Program-made: the position numbers and the translations under genes
Notes under the pieces: model-generated
What the model saw: only the letters and a program-made list of their open reading frames with translations
What the model was told of the DNA's origin: nothing
Database searches by the model: none
In this document: piece by piece, positions 57,123 through 64,000 of the stretch
How the letters are laid out: every line of letters begins with the position of its first letter
Position numbering within the stretch: the stretch's first letter is position 1
Source: Candidatus Latescibacterota bacterium
GTDB taxonomy: Bacteria > Latescibacterota > UBA2968 > GCA-2709665
DNA length: 64,000 nt
Direction: 5' to 3'
Assembly (NCBI GenBank): GCA_965203805.1
Contig: OZ241917.1
Span: forward strand, 2,848,001-2,912,000

Positions 57123-58532
57123 ATGACGCCTGAAGCTATTCTGAACAAGGTCTGCGATTCGATCGACGTGCTGGTTGAGGCGGGAAAGCCCTACGGAGGT
57201 CTGTTCCCGTCCATGCTGGATCTGGAAACGCACCGGATGTTGACGGAAATGCCGCCACCCATTCATGGACAGCGCATGGGCGACCGCGCGTTCCTCGGCA
57301 GCAATCTCATGCACGACCAGCACGTGCTCAAGATCATGTACGCCCTGGACCGCGACGGTTACCGGGATGCGGCTGACAGGTACCTGCACCGGTTCGCGAC
57401 CCATTGCACGGACACGGTTACCGGCCTGTTCCCGTGGGGCGAGCACGCGTACTGGCACCTCGTCGAGGACCGTGTGGGCGACAGCCACCGCCTGGCGCTT
57501 CCGGATAAGGAGCCCGGGACCACGCTGCACGACCATCTGCGGCAGGCGCCGGTCTGGCTGTGGGAAAAGCTGTACGGATTCAATCCAGGGTGCGTCGAGC
57601 GGTTTGCCGAAGGGCTGGATTACCACTACAAGGACGGGGAGCCGAGGGAATATATCCGTCACGCCCACATCGAGCGCAAAGAGCGCCTCGAACGGGGACC
57701 GGCGTCTTCGGACTTTCCGCGTCACGGCGGGTTCTACATTCTGGATTGGTCGTTTGCCTTCGCGAAGTCGTCGCGCGCGGATTTTCTGAGGCAGATCGAG
57801 ATCATGCTGGACTACTGGTGGCCTCGCCGGGACGCGGCCGGTCTGCTGCTGTCCACGTCGAGGGGACCTCAAGCCCCGGCGCCGATGCACGACGCGAACA
57901 CCCCGCCGCAGACGGTTTCGCTTGCGGCCAGCCTCCTGGAGGCCGCCGAACTGCTCGACGGAAGAGTGCCCGATCTGACCGATAGGATGCGGAAGCGCGC
58001 CGGCGTGTATATCGAAGGGTTCCTGTCCGCCCCCCACGATCCCGATGCGGGCGTCTTCGTGGCGGCATGCCGGCGTGAGACGAATGAGGTCGTGAGCACG
58101 AACCCCGTCTGGGGAAGCGTATACGGGAATTGGCCGTTTGCTTACGTGGCGCTGATCGCCCTGTGCATCTACCGGCTGACGGAGGACGAACGGCTGCTGA
58201 AGTGGGCGGAGATTGCCGGACGCTGGTACCTGAAGACCCCTTTCCCCGAAGGCGTACCGATCCCGTCGATGGATTCGGGGCAGGCTGTCGAGTTACTGGC
58301 CGACCTCTACGATCTGACCGGTGACGCACATTGGCTGGAACGGGGACTGGAACTTGCCCGGACGGTGATTCCCATCTATATGGACCGGGACCTCGTACGG
58401 GGCGCGGCGGGTATCGATTGGTACGAGTCCCAGATGGTTCCGGGAGACCTGCTGCACGGGCTGGCGAGGCTGGCATTGCTCGCCATGCACGGGGATGCGT
58501 GTCCCCTGACAACGAACTATACCGCGAAGTGA
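57123..58532 (+). CDS. Hypothetical alpha-helical toroid (six-hairpin glycosidase-like) protein
   Basis: 469 aa; TGLFPWGEH, IYRLTEDERLLKWA and LYDLTGDAHWLE toroid-type repeats. Confidence 0.6.
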   Translation: MTPEAILNKVCDSIDVLVEAGKPYGGLFPSMLDLETHRMLTEMPPPIHGQRMGDRAFLGSNLMHDQHVLKIMYALDRDGYRDAADRYLHRFATHCTDTVTGLFPWGEHAYWHLVEDRVGDSHRLALPDKEPGTTLHDHLRQAPVWLWEKLYGFNPGCVERFAEGLDYHYKDGEPREYIRHAHIERKERLERGPASSDFPRHGGFYILDWSFAFAKSSRADFLRQIEIMLDYWWPRRDAAGLLLSTSRGPQAPAPMHDANTPPQTVSLAASLLEAAELLDGRVPDLTDRMRKRAGVYIEGFLSAPHDPDAGVFVAACRRETNEVVSTNPVWGSVYGNWPFAYVALIALCIYRLTEDERLLKWAEIAGRWYLKTPFPEGVPIPSMDSGQAVELLADLYDLTGDAHWLERGLELARTVIPIYMDRDLVRGAAGIDWYESQMVPGDLLHGLARLALLAMHGDACPLTTNYTAK

Positions 58533-58539
58533 GAATGAC

Positions 58540-59589
58540 GTGGGCGCGAGAACGTTCAAACTGTGGGCGGGAGGCGACGCGCACGTGGGCACGGATCTGG
58601 CGGCGGGGAACCGGCGCAGCCTGGCCGAGGCCATTCTTCAGGCCGAAAACGGCGGCGGCGGCGGCGGACCGCCTTTCGAGTGGGACATTATGCTCGATAT
58701 CGGGGACCTGTCCGGTTCGCAGACGCCGCCGGACGACGAGGAAGGCGAAGAGGTCGTCCGGCAGTACAACGTGTCGACCCACCACCCACGGGAGGATTTC
58801 TACAATATCGTGGGCAACCACGACGCGAGCGGGCCGGGCGAGCCCTGCCAGTGGTGGTTCCGGAAGTGGGTGGATCCAACGGGGGAAAATCCCGAATCTT
58901 CCAACGTCCGCGCCGGCAGGCGGCCGTTTCCGATCGAGGGGACCTGGGAGCGGTATTCGTTTCAGGTCGGGAATATCCTCTTCCTGGCGATGGGAGACCG
59001 GAACGACGGCGGGCCCCCGGCGGGCCGTGCCGCCAGAGGCGGGTTTCCGGCCGGCGCGGTGACGCGGGAGACGTTCGAGTGGTGGAAGGAGAAGGTAGAG
59101 GCGAACCGGGACAAGATCATCGTGACCGCGCACCACCACATGCTGCGGGACACGACGGTGGCGTCCGGACCCTGGGAGGGCGTAGACGGAGGATATCACG
59201 GCCGGTTCGAAGCGGGCGCGCCCGTCGGCGCATCGTACCTCTATTTCGTCGGCGGGAAGCCCGACGCGGGGGCATTCGAATCGTACCTCGATGCCCATCC
59301 GGGCGCCATCGACCTCTGGCTGGGCGGGCATACCCACACGAATCCGGACGACACCCACGGCGGGCGGTCCCACGTGGAGCGGAAATGGGGGGTGACCTTC
59401 GTTAATGTGGCGGCGATCTCGCGATATCACGGCAAGAAGAATATATCGATGAGCCGGCTCTTCACGTTCTCGGACGGGGCTTCGGAGGTCAACATCAGGT
59501 GCTACCTCCATATGAGCGATTACGCACCCCAGGGATGGTACGACAGGGCCGAGAGGACGGCGCCGCTTCGGAAGGCATTCTCATATTGA
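58540..59589 (+). CDS. Calcineurin-like metallophosphoesterase
   Basis: DAH, GD, GNHD, HH and GHTH motifs in canonical order. Confidence 0.85.
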   Translation: MGARTFKLWAGGDAHVGTDLAAGNRRSLAEAILQAENGGGGGGPPFEWDIMLDIGDLSGSQTPPDDEEGEEVVRQYNVSTHHPREDFYNIVGNHDASGPGEPCQWWFRKWVDPTGENPESSNVRAGRRPFPIEGTWERYSFQVGNILFLAMGDRNDGGPPAGRAARGGFPAGAVTRETFEWWKEKVEANRDKIIVTAHHHMLRDTTVASGPWEGVDGGYHGRFEAGAPVGASYLYFVGGKPDAGAFESYLDAHPGAIDLWLGGHTHTNPDDTHGGRSHVERKWGVTFVNVAAISRYHGKKNISMSRLFTFSDGASEVNIRCYLHMSDYAPQGWYDRAERTAPLRKAFSY

Positions 59590-59622
59590 CCGGCTGGATG
59601 GTGACGGCGGAGGGAGCGGGAG

Positions 59623-60615
59623 ATGAAGACATTCGAGATCGACGGACGGGACAAGCGGGGACCCATCCGGCTGAAGATTGAGGTCGACAACCAGTTCGAA
59701 GGCGGGGGTCGCTGGCTTCGGGGCGGCCTGCATTCCCACGTGGCGCAGATGGGCGAGTCCCGCGATGTCTGCGAGCACTACCGGAACCTGGGGTTCGATT
59801 TTCTTGCGACAACGGACTACCTCAGCATCACGCCGATGCCGGAGTCGTCGCCCGCTTTCACGCCCGTGCCCGGGGCGGAGATGTTCTGCCCCGACGGGGA
59901 CGATCTGACCCATATTATCTGCCTGGGCCTCCGGCATCTGCCCCGGCCGCTGGACGGTACGGTGGAAGACGTTTCCCGCCTGGTTCGGGACACCGAGGCG
60001 CAGGGCGGACTGGCGGTGATCGCCCACCCCGCCTGGAGCGACTATTCCTGGGAGAAAGCGTATGCCCTGGCGAGGTCCGGAGTCGTCGGGCTGGAGGTGA
60101 GCAACAGGCTGACGTGGCAGATCAACGGCAAGGAGCGTTCGGAGGAACTCTGGCAGATGCTTTTCAACGCAGGGGTCCGCCTGGCCGCGATCGGCGTTGA
60201 CGATGCGATTGTGCTGGAGGACGCGGACGTGACGGGACAGACCTGGACCGGCGTGCTCGTAAGGCGACCGGGCGTCGAAGGAATTCTGGAGGGGATTCGC
60301 GCGCAGCGGACGTACGCCAGCGAGGGACCGGAAATTCGCGACATCCGCATCGAAACACGGGGCGCGGTCGTCGTGGAATGCAGCCCCTGCACGGCGTGTC
60401 ACGTCCGGTCGAAGGGGTTCGGGGTCCGCAGCATACAGTCGGCGACGCCTTCGACGCGGTTTGAGGTCGACCTGACGGTGGAAGGTTACCGCATGCGGGA
60501 CTGGGTATTCGCGTGTGTGGAGGACGAAACCGGGCGCCGGGCCTGGACCAGCGCCATACCCGTCCGCGTTGAGAAGACAACCCTGTATCAGGGGAAAGGG
60601 GAAGGGGAAGGATGA
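59623..60615 (+). CDS. PHP-domain (CehA/McbA-like) metallohydrolase
   Basis: WLRGGLHSH, FLATTDY, PGAE, IAHPAWS, GLEVSN, YASEGP, RAWT. Confidence 0.78.
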   Translation: MKTFEIDGRDKRGPIRLKIEVDNQFEGGGRWLRGGLHSHVAQMGESRDVCEHYRNLGFDFLATTDYLSITPMPESSPAFTPVPGAEMFCPDGDDLTHIICLGLRHLPRPLDGTVEDVSRLVRDTEAQGGLAVIAHPAWSDYSWEKAYALARSGVVGLEVSNRLTWQINGKERSEELWQMLFNAGVRLAAIGVDDAIVLEDADVTGQTWTGVLVRRPGVEGILEGIRAQRTYASEGPEIRDIRIETRGAVVVECSPCTACHVRSKGFGVRSIQSATPSTRFEVDLTVEGYRMRDWVFACVEDETGRRAWTSAIPVRVEKTTLYQGKGEGEG

Positions 60616-62627
60616 AACGGACCATTCGACGGACGGCGATGCTGCACTTCGAGAGCGCAAGTTATTCCCGGGACTACGTCAGGTGGGTCCGCGGGGAGGG
60701 GTTTACCGACATCGGACTGGGGCTGAAACCCGAGGACGATAAATTCACCGGACAGGGGTACGTGTGGGAGAAGGTGCGCCGGCTTGCCGAGTGGGCCGAG
60801 GAATTCGATCTGGGCGTCATCGTGTTTACAGGATACATGAAGTATCGCGAGACGTTTCTGCGGACTCACCCGGAACGCAGCCTGGTGTGCATCGGGGGAA
60901 GCGGCACGGCCCTGGACAGCGACAATATCGTGAGGACCCGGTGGCTCTGTCCGTTCCAGCCTGAGAACAAGGCGGAATACCTGGATATGATTCACCAGGT
61001 GATCCGGCTGCCGTCGGTTCGGGAAGTTCATCTCAACGATGAGGCCGAGATCGGATTCTCGAACGGAGACGTGGGCTGCTATTGCGATCACTGTGTCGCG
61101 GAATACGAACGCGATACCGGCGAACCGCCGCCCCGCGAGGTCGACTGGTCGTCCCCGTCGTGGTGGCGGTGGGTCCAGCACCGGATGGAAGCCTGGACCG
61201 GGGTACACGCGTACTTTCGCGCGGAAATCAAAAAGGTGCGCCCCGACGTCGCGGTGGGCATCCAGCATTCGCCGAAGGTCGTGACCTTTAACGACAACCC
61301 CTGGCTGTCCGGCATCGATCTGTCCCGCGACGCGGAGGCCATGGACGTCCTGTGTACCGACCCGTACCACCACATCCACTATTCCCACTTCACCTATCGT
61401 CCCATGCGCCGCATTCAGGCCGAGGCGACGCGCGCGCTGGGCGGAGCGACCGTCGGGCGTTCCCTGTTCATCTATCCCCAGGGTTTCATGCCGCCGTCCG
61501 GGAGTCTGGAGATGACGCGCCGGGACGGCTTCATGGCCGGGTCCGTTCCGTTCGCGCTGGGCGCGGAGAATATCTCGCCCTATACATTTGAATTGTGCCA
61601 GATCATCCCTGGCTATTACGAAGGGCTGCAAGAGGCATCGCGGCTGATCCCGTATTTCGAAAAGACCCGGCCCTACAGCGCCGCCACGCTGATCAAGCCT
61701 TCCCAGACGGAAATCTACGGGTATCCCGACCGGCGCTGGGGCCGCGATACCCTGGCCATATGGCCGGACGTGATGAACCAGGTGGGGCTGCCCTGGCGAT
61801 GGGTCTTCGACGGGCGGCTTACGGACGCTGAAGAGGCGCTGAGCGGCCCGGTGATTCTGCCGGAGACCCATTGTCTGACGCGGGAACAGCGCGCCGTGCT
61901 GGACGCGCATGCGAAGGGCGGCAACGGCCTGCTCCGGGTTGGCAGGACGCTGGCCGGGGACTGGTCCGGCGAAGGCGCATTTCCGCCGCCTTCAGGCGCC
62001 GGGGCGGGGCTTTCAGAATTGAAGCCGGTCGTCTCCGATCACCCGCTGCTCGAGGGAATCGATACCCCGATAATGCTGGGATCGGCATTCCTGGAACCGG
62101 GCCTGGAAGGCGAGACGATTGCGGAAATTGACGGGCGCCCCGCGCTCATGTCGCGGGAGTCCGCGGGGGGGCGGGAGGTCTGGCTGGCGGGAACGCCCCT
62201 GTTCAACTACGTGGAACCCGGCGATCACGGCGCGGTCCGGACGCCCACGGGCGGGATGGCCCTGCTTCGGAACGCGCTGTCCTGGCTGTCCGCGGACGCG
62301 CCCGCGGCCAGGCTGTGGCCCTATCCTCCCAAAAACGACTATGGAGACCTTCGCCCGTGGGACCGGCGGGACGTTCCGACGATGGAGATGTTTCCGATGT
62401 TGGGAGACGGGTGTCTCGTCTGTCTGATTTTCAACTATCTCGGTCTGGCATACGAGACCAATCTGGTGATGCGGGTTCCGGAACGGGCGGACGCCACGGC
62501 GCTCGTGGATATTTTTTCGGGCGAGGACCTGATGGTCTCCGCGGAGGTCGGCGGACAGGTCGTAACGCTGCCGGTGTCCATGCCCGGAGACCGGGACTAC
62601 CTGGCGGTGGAACTGCGCTGGGAGTAA
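60612..62627 (+). CDS. GH42/beta-galactosidase-like TIM-barrel protein with trimerisation-type domain
   Basis: LCPFQP, HLNDE, CYCDHC zinc motif, TDPY, VILPET..L; substrate unknown. Confidence 0.62.
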   Translation: MKRTIRRTAMLHFESASYSRDYVRWVRGEGFTDIGLGLKPEDDKFTGQGYVWEKVRRLAEWAEEFDLGVIVFTGYMKYRETFLRTHPERSLVCIGGSGTALDSDNIVRTRWLCPFQPENKAEYLDMIHQVIRLPSVREVHLNDEAEIGFSNGDVGCYCDHCVAEYERDTGEPPPREVDWSSPSWWRWVQHRMEAWTGVHAYFRAEIKKVRPDVAVGIQHSPKVVTFNDNPWLSGIDLSRDAEAMDVLCTDPYHHIHYSHFTYRPMRRIQAEATRALGGATVGRSLFIYPQGFMPPSGSLEMTRRDGFMAGSVPFALGAENISPYTFELCQIIPGYYEGLQEASRLIPYFEKTRPYSAATLIKPSQTEIYGYPDRRWGRDTLAIWPDVMNQVGLPWRWVFDGRLTDAEEALSGPVILPETHCLTREQRAVLDAHAKGGNGLLRVGRTLAGDWSGEGAFPPPSGAGAGLSELKPVVSDHPLLEGIDTPIMLGSAFLEPGLEGETIAEIDGRPALMSRESAGGREVWLAGTPLFNYVEPGDHGAVRTPTGGMALLRNALSWLSADAPAARLWPYPPKNDYGDLRPWDRRDVPTMEMFPMLGDGCLVCLIFNYLGLAYETNLVMRVPERADATALVDIFSGEDLMVSAEVGGQVVTLPVSMPGDRDYLAVELRWE

Positions 62628-62628
62628 C

Positions 62629-62820
62629 GTGAGGCGGGGAGACGGGAGATGAAGGCGGTGAGACGGGAGACGGTAGATGAAAAACCTGAAAGCGGTGAGA
62701 CGTAAGAGGTGAGACGGTAGAAGACATCCTTGCCCGTTTGGTTTCTTCTTTATGCCTGCGGCAAGAGATGATGCCGGACAGGCGGTGACATCATCTCACG
62801 TCTTCCGTCTAACGTCTACC
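62629..62820. repeat. Degenerate 7-bp repeats (GTGAGAC/GGGAGAC) with inverse TCTCACG-type run
   Basis: Several GAGACG units at 62630-62720 and complementary TCTCACG TCTTCCG TCTAACG at ~62794-62815. Confidence 0.6.
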
Positions 62821-62874
62821 CGACTTTTGAAGAAGATTTAAAGTTTCTCCCTTAAATCAAGGAGGGACCAAACG

Positions 62875-63720
62875 ATGTCCGAACGAGCCGACGCGCATAT
62901 TCACCTGTTCGAGGGAGGTTACCAGGATTCCTTGATGAAGCGATTTGGCCGGCCCGTCGACGAAGCCGTTGTGTACGCCTCGCTGGCGAAAGACCACGGG
63001 GTAAAGGCCGCCCTGATCGTGGGGTACGCGGACGTTCCGTGGGCCCTGGAAAACACCCGGTATCTGACACAAATGGTGAAACAGTACGACTGGGTCCATC
63101 CCGCGGCCTATTTCGATGCATCGGAGCCCCCTACGACGGAGGAATTGACGCGATTGCAGGCAGACGGATTCGTAGGCGTGAGCTTCTATATATTCGGACA
63201 GGAACGCGTGGACGCGCTACTCAGCATTTCGGACGAGGTCTGGAGTTGGCTGGTATCGAAGCGCTGGCTCGTGAGCGTCAATTCAAAGGACGACGACTGG
63301 AACGCCTGGCAGGAGGTCCTCACGCGCCATCCGGAGTTGCGCCTCGTCGTCTCCCACCTGGGTCTGCCCCCGAGACAGGCGGTCGCGCCCGACGCCACGA
63401 GTGCGAGAGAGGCCATGGCCAGCGTGCTGGCGCTGTCCCGTTATCCCCAGTCGCGGGTCAAGCTGAGCGGCTTCTACGCGCTGACCGATCCGGGCCACGA
63501 CTATCCGCACCGCGCGGCCTGGCCCTACGTGGAGGCGCTGCTGGATGCCTATGGCGTCGAGCGTCTGCTCTGGGCGTCGGACTACTCGCCCTGCCTGGAC
63601 TGGCTGACGTTCCCGCAGACGTACGACCTGTTTTCGAAGATGCCGTTCCTGAACGACGCGGACCGGGAGCGGATCGAGGGCGCCAGTCTTCTGGCATTGC
63701 TGGACGAGGTCGAAAGGTGA
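62875..63720 (+). CDS. Amidohydrolase_2 family protein
   Basis: DAHIH, VVSHLG.P, VKLSG, RLLWASDYSP. Confidence 0.88.
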   Translation: MSERADAHIHLFEGGYQDSLMKRFGRPVDEAVVYASLAKDHGVKAALIVGYADVPWALENTRYLTQMVKQYDWVHPAAYFDASEPPTTEELTRLQADGFVGVSFYIFGQERVDALLSISDEVWSWLVSKRWLVSVNSKDDDWNAWQEVLTRHPELRLVVSHLGLPPRQAVAPDATSAREAMASVLALSRYPQSRVKLSGFYALTDPGHDYPHRAAWPYVEALLDAYGVERLLWASDYSPCLDWLTFPQTYDLFSKMPFLNDADRERIEGASLLALLDEVER

Positions 63721-63793
63721 CGCGGGTGTCGACACGGGAAGAATCAAGGCGGGACCGCTGCCGGATTGCGCAACCCGCCGGGGAGGAATTGTG

Positions 63794-64000
63794 ATGGAAA
63801 AACCGGGCGTTGGGATCGTGGGGATCGGACACGCGGGACGGGAACATTTCAAGGCGTTCGATGAGCATCCGGATGCGGAGGTGCGGGCGGCCTGGGCGCC
63901 CAGCGTACGCAGGCTGGACCTCTTTCCGGGCTCGATGGACCTGTTTGCCCCGACCTTCGAGTCGATGCTGGAACGCGACGATATCGACATCATTTCACTT
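63794..64000 (+). CDS. Gfo/Idh/MocA oxidoreductase, 5' part
   Basis: MEKPGVGIVGIGHAGREH..F...MLERDDIDIIS; open at the window end. Confidence 0.8.
   Translation, partial: MEKPGVGIVGIGHAGREHFKAFDEHPDAEVRAAWAPSVRRLDLFPGSMDLFAPTFESMLERDDIDIISL

Overview
GC-rich bacterial window. Dockerin-like DFxxDGxVxFxDF modules and a GWxTD protein suggest a Latescibacterota/Gemmatimonadota-like organism (inference). The flanks (1-22.6 kb and 57-64 kb) hold catabolic, oxidoreductase and secreted-protein genes, two type II TA loci and REP/MITE-like repeats. The centre (~22.6-56.6 kb) is a defence island. It carries two complete but different type I-G (I-U) CRISPR interference operons, a 5' stub of a third cas3, one cas2 + cas4/cas1 module, a 29-repeat CRISPR array and an IS1380. 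Two of the window's three AAA-ATPase/PD-(D/E)XK paralogues bracket its variable part. The island is built on a repeated scaffold of small ORFs (nine full or partial copies of one family). Several are antitoxin-like genes whose toxins are deleted, truncated or frameshifted. The most striking signal is a one-spacer CRISPR-like mini-array at 29387-29496 (minus strand). Its spacer matches 16/19 nt of the adjacent cas3 promoter next to a TTG PAM, making it a candidate Cascade-guided autoregulatory RNA. Family calls come from motif recognition only; no database searches were run.
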